NCBI RefSeq assembly: GCF_011386835.1
Contig: NC_088796.1
Coordinates: forward strand, 55,862,001 to 55,926,000
DNA: 64,000 bases
Reading direction: 5' to 3'
Source of the DNA: Chrysemys picta bellii
Lineage: Eukaryota
The position numbers and the translations under genes are program-made. Position 1 is the first letter of the stretch; every line of letters begins with the position of its first letter. Shown here in pieces: positions 23,753-37,446 of this stretch. The notes under the pieces are model-generated. The model was not told the DNA's origin and did no database searches. It saw only the letters and a program-made list of their open reading frames with translations.

Positions 23753-23962
23753 TCTTCCCTTGGTTTGTGGATTTCCCTGGGGCTTAGATGGGACATAGGC
23801 ATCTGGATGCTTAGAGTGAGGTAGCAGTGGGAGTGGCCAGAGGCAGAACCGTAGGCAAGTAGGGAACGTTTACTTTGAAATGTTAAGCATCTGGAGGGTT
23901 AGGCAGATGCCGAGTGGCAGTATTGTGGAGTGTAGTGGTGCCTAAATCTGGGGTTTAGGCAC

Positions 23963-26046
23963 TGTGATGTTTTGGGGTTCACCCTGGCCAGTAAGAGGTT
24001 TAATCACTGTTTGCCTTGTAACCCTGGGTATCTTGTGGCTGTGCAGCTTAGGTCCAGAGCTCTGACCCCAACAGTTTGCCACCAGTCCACAAGCCTCAGC
24101 CTTGTTTTGCCCAGGTCGGTTACCCCTTGCAGGCTGACCTTAGTACCTTCCAGTCCCAAATTCACCCCCAAATCATCCTACCGCAGGGAGCAGTCCCTCT
24201 CACTGGACTCTCCAAGAAATAGTGTTAGGTTTGCTACCTTTACAGAGACCGTAAAACACTCCAACTTGTTAGCTTTCTATAAGCACACACTTCCCTGAAT
24301 TTACACAGCACTGATGATTTATAATGAAAGCAAGACAAGCTTATTAACAAAAGAACATGGATTAACTGATACTAAGTAAAAGATAGAAAGTAGAGCTGGT
24401 CAGGACCCATCACAGGGATCAAATCCCTTGGTTCCTTTGATTCCTAATTTAAAGGCTAAAGATGGAGTCTCTCTTTGTTCCCCACCAGGATGTCTTTGTC
24501 TTACTAGTCAGGAAAGCTGTTACCTGTCAGCTCTGTGTTCTTGGGGAACCAGGGTGCAGAATCCAGCCTGTCTGACTCACGAAGGACCCCCACCCCAGCC
24601 TCTGATTGAACCAAAACTGATCAGAAGAAAGACTTACAAAAAGCAAGAAAAGGCAGTGGGAGGCACACCTAAACCCCTCCGGCCAAGGGTGACAGGATTA
24701 AGGCAACTCCCCGAGCCTCATTTGCATCAAAGATGGGACAAGGAGGCATCTCCATTAGAATACGGAATGGAGAACAGAGATTACAAGGCAAAAACCACAC
24801 TGAACTCTTGGACCAGAAAAGCAGGGAAGCACTGCATGACGGGGGATCTCTGCTCCAGATGTTAATAAACCCAGGGCTGCACATACCTAGCTCAGTAGTT
24901 ATCAGACCAATTCTAGTAATAAATCCTTTATTGGCATCCAAAATACTGAAGCTGCCTAATTGCATTGTGAGCTTCCTCAAAGGAACACCACCCAGAGCCA
25001 GGAATGATCAGATCCTATTGTCTAGCCTGAACAAAACAACTTTGGTATACTCCCTAGAGCCATCAGTTTACCCATAAACAAATCTAGTGTTCTCCCTTGA
25101 ACCATTGTTGTTTCCATACAAAAACCCCTATCTACGCTCAAGTAAGTGTTCTGATGCCGGGATCCAAAATCTGCATCAGTTGCATCAGGACTTCATGTTC
25201 TCCTGACTGATCTGGGGGCTCTGCCTGTCTCCAGCACTCCAGACCCGCAGCTACCACCACCACCTGGGAACCCTGCCTGGTTCAACCTTCATGGAGTGGT
25301 GAGAACCCAACTTCCTCTCTCTCTCTGTTTTTTAATTTCTTTTCTAGGTATAGTTTCTAACCCTGACTTGTGTGATCAGGTATAGTTTTCTAAACCTGAC
25401 TTTTGTAATCAAATTTAAGCTAGATTTAATATTGTAACTGTTTTGTTTTGTTTGGCTCTCCTTACATGGTTATTACCTGGCCATAATTAACTTTTATGGT
25501 TAAGTTGGTTGCTTCCCTCCCTCTTTCTCTCTCTTTTGTGTTTTTGGCTTACCCATTTGCTCTGCAGCAACACTCCTCTTACCTAAGCTAAAGATCCCAG
25601 TAGTACCCAAAAATCCTGTGGGGTTTGCTCATCCAGTGGGTTACTACCCAAATAACTGTAATGTGAAATTGGGGATAGGGAGGTGCTGAACCTGTGGCAT
25701 AGGAGGGTGGCAGCTTGAAAGTGCTGCTTGACCCAACTTGCTGAGTCCAGGGGCATATAAGGGATCGGCTTGGGAGTGCTGATTGACCCCGTCTATTCAG
25801 ACATGCTCTGTTAATGTGTGTGTGTGTGTTCATCAGATTCTGGGGCTGGAGGAACCCAGCGCTAGAGAACCTAGGTCCTGCAGGATAGTGCCACTGGGAG
25901 GGAACTTGCAGAAGGGAGAAGTAGAGCTCCATATGAAAACATAAGTGACACAAGCAGTACTTTGATAGAATTTCAGAACCCCCCCACCCAGAAGAGTAAC
26001 CCTAATACATAAGTGTACCCCAAAGTAATGGGCAAATCTGGTAACA
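23963..26046. mobile_element. Composite LTR block: Gypsy-like LTR apparently interrupted by a long ERV-like LTR (~24395-25949)
   Basis: TGTGA start and GTAACA end; inner segment with ccatacaaaaacccc TATA-like element, pyrimidine tracts and a gtgaca end. No TSD could be confirmed; boundaries uncertain. Confidence 0.55.
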
Positions 26047-26454
26047 AGGCTTACTGGGATTCAGTCTCCTGTATCCCTCTGGGGCATGGGAGCAGTGTTA
26101 ATTCTGTCTCTTAAGTTCAGGCGCAGGATAACCCCCGCCAGTTTAGTTCAATGGCATTTTTTACTGCTAATATGTAAATTGTGGTAAACACATGCTTTTG
26201 ATTAGGACAGATCTTTACCTGGGCTAGGCTGTCTGGTCTTAAACGTCTTCTAGTAATATCCTACAGAGGGAATTCATAACTTCACTTATAATGTTAACTC
26301 ATGCATTTAATAGTGGTATTAATAACCAGTGTTGTTAGCATTCATATTATACTTCACAAGGCATATTCTACAAATATTATTGCAGTCGTGTCTAGGGTGT
26401 GAATACAAGGGTGCCTAGAGTCACAGCCCCCTTAATACCTTTGTGTATCTGGGT

Positions 26455-26590
26455 AAAATCACATAGTATGTTAGAGACAAGGTGGGTAATACCTTTTATT
26501 GGACCAGCCTCTTTTGATGGAAAAGACAAGCTTTCAAGCTTCACACAGTTCTTCTTCAGGTCTGGTAAAGGACCAGAAGGTCACAGCTAA
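26455..26590 (-). mobile_element. Penelope-like pLTR fragment (second family) with degraded hammerhead at 26524-26563
   Basis: agacaaggtggg...ttttattggacc...agacaagctttc...ttcttcaggtctgg; minus strand AGAC-CUGAAGA-A-gaac...gcuu-GAAAGCUU-GUCU. Confidence 0.75.
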
Positions 26591-27580
26591 ATAACAACAC
26601 TTCAAATAGTATTATGTTTTCATTTAACAGTGCATCACCTCCTGACAAAAAGCCACATTTACCTCTAATGTAACTTGACAGGAAATTGTCAATATGCACA
26701 TTTTATATTTCAAAATAAATAAATGTATTGAATAATGTTCAGAAAAGGTAATTATGATCCATGGGTATTGGCTCTTAATTGTTGAATAGCTTTGAACCTG
26801 CTCTATTATTAGGCATGGGTCTCATACAATAGGGCAAATGCAGGTGCATTTGATGTATGCATTATCACTCACTTTGCATTGCTAACAGGCTCTCCTGATA
26901 CCATTTAAGGTTCAGACCTAATCAGTCAGCACATTTCATATGTCTTCTGCAAGATGTGAATTTTTCCAGAGGAGAACACAGGGCTCCAGCGCTGGACTGT
27001 ACAGCAATTGTGATTGCAGAGATTCCCAATTGTCAGTGCTGGAGGCTATCAAACCATGTGACTTTTCCCATGGGGTATAGTTAGCAAGCCTTCCTGACAG
27101 AGGCTGGAGGCATGAAGAAATCAGATTCTTCAGAGCTAAAATTTTTGCATATGCATAAAGATAGTTTCCACCTATCTGCTGAATAATTAAGAATACATGT
27201 AGTTTAAAAATGTATTGGGGTGTTCTGTACCTCCTGTGAGTGCTCTCTGCTTCTATTTGGCCTGATCCTGCACAGTTTAATCAATGGGATTTTTCTCAAT
27301 GACTTCAGTGGGAGTTGAGCCTACTCAGTGCCTTGTGTTTCTGGGACCTGTATGAGAAGGCGAAAAAAAATGCAGTAATGATTGCAGTTTCCAGTATTGT
27401 TTACAGCAGCTGCTCCATGACAACATGGCTCTGATGGTAGAACCAGTGTTATATATACTGCTTTTTCAGCTGAACATCCCGCCACTTGTACTAAGCTAAT
27501 AGTTCTAGAAAACTTTAAACAGCCACTTCAAAATGTTTCATTTCAGAGATTGTGGAAGTGTTTTGTTATCTTTAGATTAC

Positions 27581-27601
27581 GTGTGTGTGTGTGTATATAT
27601 A
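27581..27601. repeat. (GT)n(AT)n microsatellite
   Basis: Directly visible dinucleotide run. Confidence 0.9.
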
Positions 27602-27923
27602 CACCAAAAATGAACACTTGAGTCCAGAATATAAGATGTGTAATGTGGAATAGAAAAAGTGTTGCATAAAGAAAACAAGTAATATCAAATATTTTCTAAT
27701 CTTTTCTCCATATTTTTGAGATATGTGTTTACTCCTGAAGCCCCAGTTGAATCTATTTTATTATGATTTTTTATATACATTTTATACATGATTCTTGTCC
27801 AAATATGTTTTAATTATGCAGTATTTGGTTCCACAGTAATTTTTTCTGGAGAAATATGTTCTATATTTAGAAGAGCTATATTACATAGTTAGAGGAGTAC
27901 TCTAACTTGTTTATAACTATAAC

Positions 27924-28162
27924 AGGGTTATAAAAAGGATAGATTCATGGAGGATAGGTCCATCAATGGCTATTAGCCTGGATGGGCAGGGATGGTGTCC
28001 CTAGCCTCTGTTTGCCAGAAGCTGGGAATGGGTGACAGGGGATGGATCACTTGGTGATTACCTTTTCTGTTCATTCCTACTGAAGCACCTGGCATTGGCC
28101 ACTGTCAGAAGACAGGATACTGGGCTAGATGGACCTTTGGTCTGACTCACTATGTTCTTATG
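27924..28162 (+). mobile_element. CR1 LINE 3' end (turtle PsCR1-like)
   Basis: gatagattcatggaggataggtccatcaatggctattagcc...gctagatggacctttggtctgac...ttcttatg tail. Confidence 0.9.
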
Positions 28163-28867
28163 TCTCTTGCCGGTACCTTGAGAATTGTATGGACTCTACC
28201 TGATAATCCAGAGTTAAGCATTTCTTGGTATCTTGTAAATACTGGATCACACAGTAACCTCTGCTAAGAGGCCTGAAACCAGTGGGGTATTGTGGTAGGA
28301 CAAAGGTTCTGTTGCCTTCTTCCTCTAAACACTGGAAGCCTTTCCATGTGACTTGAGGGGCTGATAAAGCCATAGAGGGATAAGAAACTAGGGAGTAGCT
28401 ACTGTCTGAGTCATCTTCCACTCGAGTCTGGACAGATTTCTTACCGGAAATTTGCATCCAATTTAATATTAGTTAATCTATCTGTAACTCCCTTTCTGTG
28501 GCTACAACATCTCACCCCAAATGCAGACTCAGAGCTAGGACCACTTGCTTCCTGGGAGGAATAATGCTACTATTGGAAAGGGAAAAGCTGGAGGAGTTTT
28601 GCCAAGTCTCCTGCTCTCTGATGGTGGGTGGTCCAAGATCCATGTCAGTTCAACACAGGGGTGAATATTCCAATGGACACATTGGTCTAGGGTGTTGACC
28701 CTATGTCAGTGAACTCCTGGATTAAAGGATTTGGAGGAAACCAAGTATACATCTCAGTGGTCCCTATAGCAAGATTTGTTCGCCTCCTCCCCCCACACAG
28801 AGGAGCACATGACTCACTGAGTGGAAACACTCTATAACACCAGAAAGACAAAGCCCTGGAATCTGAA

Positions 28868-28931
28868 TATATATTATAAAACATATGTATATTTATATAT
28901 TTATATAAATATATATATTTTTAAATATATA
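28868..28931. repeat. AT-rich low-complexity tract
   Basis: Imperfect (TA)n run. Confidence 0.8.
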
Positions 28932-30924
28932 GAAAAGGAGCTCCTCCCAACAAGGACAATGAAACAGTCCATTGAACATACCATTACATGAAGGATTTCT
29001 TTTCCAAAAAGTGGTGTCCAAATTCTTTAAGCTATTTGAATAACAGTGTTCCAATTGGTAATTGTTAGCCAAAGAATCTTTTTGTAGTACCATTTATGTG
29101 AACACACTTTTGATTAATCTCATTCTCTTATTACTCCCTCTGGACACTGCAAGACATATTTCTCTTTCTGGGCCTTACTGATTTTCCTGGGAGCTCTTGT
29201 ACACGTCCCTCCCAATAAAACAACTGCAAAATATGGCTTTTAAACGGTCAACTGAAATCACACTGCTTCACCGTGCTTGCCTCTTCTTTCAAAAACTAGA
29301 TGCCCTCCAGGTCTTATTTCTTCCCATCAATGTTTTGTCTCAATGGGTTACAGCAGCATAATAATCAATAGCTAGCTTTCTCACTTCTAAAATCTCCTGT
29401 GATATATTGGGTTGTTTGATGGAATATTAGGCATATTGAAAAAGTGTCTAAAAATCAGAAAGGAATTGCTTTGGATTTTAAATTGTAGGAGACAAATTGA
29501 ATTTCATTCCTCTTTTTGGTTTACACATTCCACACGCAGTCTGACTTTTCAGTATTTATCTTGTTTTTTCACTTTAATGATCAAAATATCCCCAGAAGAT
29601 TGGCAGTGATATTTAAATTGAAGCTAAAATTCAGAATTAAATTTACACTTACTCCACCGACAAGTCAATGTTAATCACCAAGCAAAGAGTCTAGCTGTGA
29701 ATCAAAAGGCATAAAAATTGTCCCAAATTTGTCAGTAGATTCATTATTTTTCCCACTGAGGTTTTGATAAGGCATAATCCCCTGCATGTTGCAATTTAAC
29801 AGCACAATAAAAGGCTCATTTCTCACACATCATTAGTGTCCAAGAAAACAGTAATGCATGGAAATGGAAAACATATTAGAATTTTGAGCCATCCCCACTT
29901 TGTTTCCCCTTCCAGGTAATCTTATATAAATCACAAATGTGGTCGGACACTTGACTAAAGGAAGCTGTTGTGGGTTTTATGAATAACCTTTGCCAAGTCA
30001 GGATCAGGAAAATTCAGTACTTGGGCTCCAAAAATGTAACAATCTTTCAACGTGCTGAACAACCTTGCATCCCACTGAAACCAGTGAACGTTTAGGGAAC
30101 TCAGCCTTTGTCAGGATGCACAGAGCACCTATTAGGAATAGTCCTTCCAGCTGTAACTGAGATTTATAATCATATTCAGTTTACTTTGCTTCCTTTCTGA
30201 CTGCAGCAACGGCTGTAGTTTTCAAACAGTTGGGTATATATGCTGTAAAGAATTGCGCCTGCTGTGTTCTAAAGGATAAAGTTGCAAGAGAAAAAATAAA
30301 GTTTTAGATGTCATGTTCAAGTTGCATGTTCAAGTTTCATGTCTTCAGTCTTTCATCTTTATGTGTAAATGATGTCTTAGGCCTTTTATGAATAATTAGT
30401 GCACTGTAGTTAATTGACAAAGGAACTACGGATGAAACTTTACTTTGCTGTAATTAAATGAAGCTAAAAACTTCAACAGTGGCTGTACCACTAAATAGGC
30501 TCTGACTAGACTTTTATACTGGGCAAACCAGGTTTGCTAGTATTTCTTTCTGCTCCAGCATCTGGGGAGAGCCAGAGCATAGGGGCACTGCAACCCTTCA
30601 TCCTTTTTATCTATCCACACCCACTGCTCCAGGGGCCAAAGTGGGGTGGCATAAGATCTGCTACAATGACTCTACTCCACCCAGCGATTTCTTTACATGG
30701 GGGAAATGGATCCTCTGCTGGTCAGTTAAACCAGATTTTGGGCTGCCTTGTTCATACCTTACCCCCCACCCCCACCTTTCCCAACCTTGCCTACTGCCTC
30801 TGGCCTGCCCAGTATCTACCTGCTCTCCTAGGATCTGCGTAGTGTCTTCCTGGCAGTTGGGAGTGGGGGGGAATGGGGAAAATGGTGGCACAGAGACAGA
30901 TGACCACTCCTCCCACACACACTT

Positions 30925-31130
30925 CTGAGTGGGAAGGTTGAGTTTCACCCACAGATGGTCCCTTCCATGCCTGGATCACAGAGAGATGATCCTAGCTTAT
31001 ATCACTTCTATTTTTCAAATATTTTGTGAGGTGTGCATGTGTGCCCTGTATCTCAGTGAGTCTGATTTCCCTGCTCATGCCTATAGGTCAATAGTCTAAC
31101 CTCAGTCTCCAGACTGTCAGAAATCATGGA
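30925..31130 (+). mobile_element. Possible LF-SINE 3' half relic
   Basis: ttcacccacagatggtcccttcc and cctcagtctccagactgtca resemble recalled LF-SINE motifs in the correct order; highly diverged. Confidence 0.35.
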
Positions 31131-31633
31131 AAAGACAAGAGAAAGTTTGGCACAGTTATGGGTGTATAAATAAAAGGTTTGTCAGGTTCAGACACTAAAC
31201 CTGAAATAGAGAGGTTTCACTGCCGCCTCTGCCCTGATATTGTCCTATGTCCATCCCTGATCAGGAGACCATTAACAACTGCATAATGCCAGTTCTGGCA
31301 CATAGTCAGAGAAACATAGTAATACCATATTAAACTGTGCCAATAGCAGCTCTGGAAGCTTACTGCCTCCTCTGCCTTTCCTTCCTTCTCTGTCACTGAG
31401 CTGGTGATTTACTTTTGTATATAGTGCTGTATGTTTAAAAGTATAATGGATGCAAATGATCAACTACAGCATTTTGCTGCTACCACTTGATCAGTCATAT
31501 GAGAGCTGCCATTCTGGATTCTCTAAGAAGGAATCCTCATGGCTTCTTTATATTTTGTTTTTAAATAAAACTTCTTTCAAGCATTTCCCCTTCTCATCTG
31601 GACATTGTGGCCCTGTAGTCAAGGTAATACACT

Positions 31634-31810
31634 ATAGAATATTAGGGTTGGAAGGGACCTCAGGAGGTCATCTAGCCCAACCCCCTGCTCAAAGCAGGAC
31701 CAATCCCCAGATAGATTTTTGCCCCAGATCCCTAAATAGCCCCCTCAAGGATTAAACTCACAACCCTGGGTTTAGCAGGTCAATGCTCAAACCACTGAGC
31801 TATTCCCCCC
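31634..31810 (-). mobile_element. Tortoise PolIII/Cry-type SINE, near full length (tRNA-derived head + CR1-derived tail)
   Basis: Minus strand: gggggaatagctcagtggtttgagcattg...gtttaatccttgaggggg...gatgacctcctgaggtcccttccaaccctaatattctat; A and B boxes visible. Confidence 0.92.
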
Positions 31811-34501
31811 TTGTATGGCTGAGTTCAATTGCTCACTCTCTGACCTAGCTGGGACTGTGCAATTGTCAGGTGCTCAGCTCCTCCTGGGAGGGAATGATTT
31901 GCATTGCTGTGTGGTGACCCATGTGGTCTACAGGGCAGTGCTGACACATTGCAAAATCTGGAAAAATGTTTACCAGAGGGCAAAAGTTTGTCCAAGATGT
32001 TAATGAAAGTTGCCAGCTTTCAAAGACAACCCCATGTCTTCCACAACAAGCTCCTCATTTCATTCTTCCTGTCACCACTTCCCCAACAGGTGTTGGCTCT
32101 CATACCTTTTTGATTTGGTAAGCATCTCCTTCAAGGAGAGGCTGGAAGCTTATAGCCTTATTCCATTTATGTAGGGTCCTCTTTGGGAAGATTCTCTTCC
32201 TTTAGTGGCACCTGGTTGGTATGTGGGGCAGTTGTCACTCTGGAACTTCCATGTTATTGACACTCCATAGCTCAAGAACAAGAGAGGCTCCAATTTTCAA
32301 TGGTAGAACAGACAAGGATCCAAAGGGCTTGTTTATGGTTAAGTAAACTTACCCAAACTTACCTTAGTCTTATTTAAATCAGCATCTTATGGGATCTACT
32401 GCATCACCATTGCCAAAGAATGGAAAGTGTATTTCATGCAGTAGAGAGGCCGAAGTCCTTTGTCACAGTGCAAATCCACATAACATGTCCAAGAACCTGA
32501 GTCTGAAAATGAGATGCTAGAAAAATGTTGCTTAGCCCTTTGTGGAAGAAAGCAGTTGAAAAATGAGACTTTAAAATGGTATCAGAATAGTAAAGTTTGT
32601 GCTTGGTCTTATGGGAAAAAAAATCGTTTGCATTTCATCATGGAAAATTACTTAAAAGTTTGCATCAACCTGTGGATTTATTTTATCATGCTAGCTATCT
32701 CCAGCACCATTTAGTGTCTGCAATAAACTAACCTCAACAAGCCTAGAAACTACTGACAGATCGGCATTAAAGAACCATGCAGGCAAGCAGAGCAGCTGTC
32801 TGTTAGTGGCTGTCAATCTGTAAAATTAAAAAAGAGATGATGGGGCTGAACAGCATGACGGGACACTGTCCCCAGGCCCACTTTCACTTCACTGAATGAG
32901 CTGCAAAAAGACCTAGAACTACTATAGAGCTACAAAGCTATAAAGAACTGGCACCAGATGGGACCTCTTGTCTCCATCTATCTCTAGCCCAAACAATCTG
33001 CTACAGAATTTTGAGAAAAAGGGTGGAGAAGCTAATAATGCCTCAAAGTCGAAAAGATAGAAGGAACAGTGGCTCTGGCTCGAGCACCACCAGCCTGTTC
33101 TGGAGGAGGATTATTATTATTAAGTGTGCCAAAGGATATGGCCATTTTCCTTTCTCACTCTCTCTTTGCAACAAACATTTTGGCTACTATTAGCCAGCTG
33201 GCAAAAAATAAATGAAACACCATGTACCACTTACACAGTACTGTAAGTGCCAGTCCACATTGCACCACTTGTACAGTGGTGTGACTGCCAGTGCACACTG
33301 TAGCATGTGCTTTATGTCTGCTTCCATATTTTAGAATGGGTGCAGAACGTTGTGGGAAAATCTGTTAGAGACAGAAAGTCCATAACTCAGTTCCAAAACA
33401 TCTTTTTGGAGAAGGAGGCCAATATCTCTCTAGTAGAAAATGGTGGGCTGACTGTGCACCCTAAAAATACATTCCACCGTACTTGTTTATCATAAACTCA
33501 CTCACCAGTGTCTGCACAAAAGATATGCAGAAATACTGAAAGTATATCTGCATAGATCAATGCTGACACCTAATGCGAAAATAGATCTCTGGAAGAAAGT
33601 TGGTATTAACATGCAGCAGGCCATGAGCCAAATCCTGCTCTCAGTTATTTCTATGCAATCCCTGTCTGTGAGGCTGCTTAGGTGGAACTGAACACAGGGT
33701 CTGGCCTCATGGCATGTTTCTCCTCCTCCCTTCAGCATGTTATTCTCACGCCTTCCTTTTTGTCTCTTTTACTTTTCTTGTCTTTTCTGATTTTATCTCT
33801 TATGCTGTGGTGGTCATGTTGAAGACTGACAAAACAATTTTTGATCCATTTTCCATTTGATGTCATTTTCCAGATCATTTTTTTAGGTATAGGACACCAG
33901 ACACTTTATTTTTTCAGTTGCCATGTAATCGCCTGATGAACTGTATATTTATTTTGACGCTATCATGGCAAGCCAGGTATTTTAATACACCTCTAATTGC
34001 CTCCTATCAGAGATAGTATTCCAGACTTGAATACTTGCTCTTGGAACAAACAATGCCATGTGGTATCATAGACTTGTTCTCAAAGAATTTACAGCAAAAC
34101 TAAGTAGCTATTTACTTTAAATATGCCAATTAAGCGTTACTAATGTACAGTACATTTCTAGGTTAAGGATGATTGATAGTAGCATGCAGTGAAATGTTCT
34201 TAAACTGCAGTCAGAAAATGTAAATTTACAAAATTGAAAAAACAAATAAACCCCAAAACCACCGACTGGCAGCACTATTTACATGTTTCAAAACAACACT
34301 TACAAATTGTTCTTTTATTGTTCTTTCAAGCTTTTTCTGCTCTGTAATTCAGCTGAATGGTAGCCATTGTAGTAGTAGCAAAAGTTCTTAAAGTCAATAA
34401 AATGATTCAGTAGCCCCTTCCCAAAAATGGCTGTATTCCTGCTCTCATTAGTCAGTGGCAAAACTAATTAGTGGGAGTAGGACTGGATCCAGTGATGGCA
34501 A

Positions 34502-34912
34502 TTAGGGCTGGTGAATACAATTTCACTAAATTTGAGGTTTTAATATTTGCTTTCATTCTGCATTGGAACAAACACTAGAGCTTTCAAAAAAATTGAATAA
34601 AAGAGATTTCCCCCGCCACCTCTGTCCCCCATAAGAATAACCAAGTGATTAGGGCACTTACCAGAAATGTGGGAGAGCCCTGCTGTGCCTAATTTGGATC
34701 AGGGACTTGAACTTGGGTCTTCTATATCCCATGTGAGTGTCCGAAACACAGGCTATTTTAGTTCTGGCCAGGAATCCTATTCTTTATCAGAGAAGCTTTC
34801 CTGAAGAAATTTTCATTGAAACCAATGTATTTTCCTTGAAAAGTTTTGGTTTTTACATATTGGCATTTTCTGACAAAAAACATTTTGTTAACAAAATGCC
34901 CGACCAGCTGTA
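34502..34912. mobile_element. Old non-autonomous DNA element with internal tRNA-like segment
   Basis: Ends tagggctggt / accagctgta; internal cttgaacttgggtctt...gagtgtcc motif similar to 23080-23290. Confidence 0.4.
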
Positions 34913-37150
34913 TTGAAGATTCACCTTGTAAGTACATGAGTCATCAAATCATCTGCCTCTTTTAGAGGGAAAATAATCCAATAATACCATATTAAGTAGG
35001 AGAATTCAAAGGCTGTGAAATCCAAATAGGGTATTACAGTATACTATACTAAGGGCCCAATCCTGAGAGATGCTGGGTCCTTTCAATTTCCATTGGCTGA
35101 TAGGGCTTAATCCAAATCAAGAGAGTGTTTTCATTGATGTTAATGGGTTTTGGATCACGCTGTAAGACTATAACCACAACAATGAGAATATGTTGCAAAG
35201 AATTTCCTTAGAAGAATGCCTATTTTACCTGATATATTTATCCTGGGTAATTGACAGCAATGGAATATGTACACTTGAGCCATATACTGTCATTTCATAC
35301 TAACAACATTCAGTGGCTTTTTGCAGCCATGTTAATAAGCACATTTCAGTTTCAAAGACATCACCTGCATTAGTCCTTTGGATTCCAGCAGGTACTGCAA
35401 ATAGACACTTGTTTGTTATGGAAAGATCTTGACTCATTAAATCTTCAATACAAAAGTAACTTCAGCTTTTCTATTTTATAGAAAGACCCTTTGGTCCTTG
35501 CCTAGAGTATCAAAGTACAGTAACTACATCTCTGGAAAAAAAAATAATTGTTTGAACTCAGTGTGCAGCCTTCAAAATTCAGACCTTTCATTTCCATGCT
35601 TAAGATTTTCTTCCTTATTTTAAAAAAATGTATTTATAACTTCCCTTATTTTCTCTTCACACTAGAATCTTTTCAGTCCTTGCCAACTTTCATGCCAGCT
35701 AACAAAGCAAAGCAGCTCCAATACCTTCTCTCTGGATTTTCTTTTCCTTTCCAGGCTTGAGTATTAAAAAGAACAACCTTCAGGCCAAATGCATTGAGGT
35801 CAAGAAACTTGACATTCATGAAATGTGCTCTTCCCACTCAGCCTATAGCACTGAGATCAAACTCCGGTGCTCAGTATCAGCAGCCCTAAACTGTTAAGCA
35901 CCATACTAGCCAGGATTGTTGCCAGTAACATAGAAGTGCCAGAATTATTTGGAATGCAAATATCACTGGGCCAGATGCTGAACAGTACTTTACATCATGA
36001 GTTGTACCACTGAAGTAATTGCAGCTGCTTGGTTAGTGAGACGCTATTAAACCAGATTAAGGATATGAGAATCAAGACAGGTGTTTTATTTTGGCGGTGA
36101 GGGAGAATTGTCTAAATTCATTTATTAAATTATTTCAACTTTTTCAGTATTTCAAATAGTATTGGAAAGAACAAAAATAGTTTTTAACAAGTATTTGAGC
36201 TGTACCTCTGGTGTTAGTATAATGATGTTTTTTTAGTGTTGCTACAGTTAAGGATCTGTTGACATATATATTCCTTTATACTACTAATGCCATTTTTCAG
36301 GGAAAAGTCAATCATTTACTTCATATCCTACTAAAAAAACTTAGACTACCAGGACTCATCCCAGAGGCAGCTTTCTCTTTCAATTTGATTCCAATTACTA
36401 TAGTCATTTTCCATTTTGACAAATGCAATAAAATAAGCCATGTGTTGCCTTCCCCTACGATGCTTCTTTGTGTGGCTGGAAGATGGAAGAACCCCCACAT
36501 TTTCCCAGTACAGGGAGAGAGATGGGGCAGGAGTGAAGAGCTCCTCCTAGCACCCTGCAGGGATGGTGGAAGAGCTCCATATTCCCAGCATTCCAAATTC
36601 CCACCTCCCTCCCAGCAACTGGACTAGGGAGAAGAAACCCTTTTAGTGTCTCAGGGGGATACAGGCAAAAATGCTTCTAGCTCCTGTCAGGGTAGAGAGA
36701 AAAAGAGGCAGAGTAGGGGGAGGAAAAGGGAGCAAAGCAGTTTTCCAACTGGAGGTTACAGGTGATCAAGGCTAGAGGGAGGATTATTCTCCTGTTTCTG
36801 CCTTGTAGAAGACAACTAATACTTCCCTGCTCGCGTATAACTTAGAACAATTTTTTTTAAAGGGACTTATGATTTCAGATGCCTCATTTTTTGGATGTTT
36901 GATTTGAGACACTTTAAAGGCTCACCTTTAAGGTGCCTCTAGTTGGACATCCAAAAACGGAGGCAATCAAGATGACTAGTCACTTTAGAAAATCTTGGGC
37001 CTGGTTGTAAAGAGCAAACATGTTTAGTGGTGCATTAGACTGCACCAAAAAGCGTGTGTTTTCAAAACCTTTCCCCCGGTGGGATATGTTTGGGCCTACC
37101 TACAAGAAAGTAATGACTCAAGCAAACTGTGGTGTATGTGTGGTAACTTA

Positions 37151-37446
37151 GAGTATATCTATGCTGCAATCAAAAGTATGACAGCAGCATGTGTAAATGT
37201 ACTTGAGCTAGCTTTATCTAGTAGCACAGGTGCCAGTAGCAGTAAAGCCATGGCAGCATAGGCTTCAGCATGGGCTGTACAAGTCCTTCTGGGACCCAGA
37301 GTACTTACATGGTCAACTAGCCCACACCAATGTCCATGCTGTTATGGCTTCATTGTTATAGTTATTCAAGTTAGCTAGATCTAAACTAGCTCAGGTATGT
37401 CTACACGTGCTGCAGTTACACCACCGATTGCACCACAGACATGCTC
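37151..37446. mobile_element. PIF/Harbinger MITE
   Basis: Imperfect TIRs gagtatatctatgctgcaatc / gattgcaccacagacatgctc; TTA TSD (37148-37150, 37447-37449). Confidence 0.8.

Noticed and set aside
33500-33590. Minus-strand 83-nt exon-like segment with GTGAGT donor and a 13-bp hairpin
   Set aside because: Single open frame with no recognisable product; hairpin too short for a pre-miRNA; opposite strand to the other splice signals.
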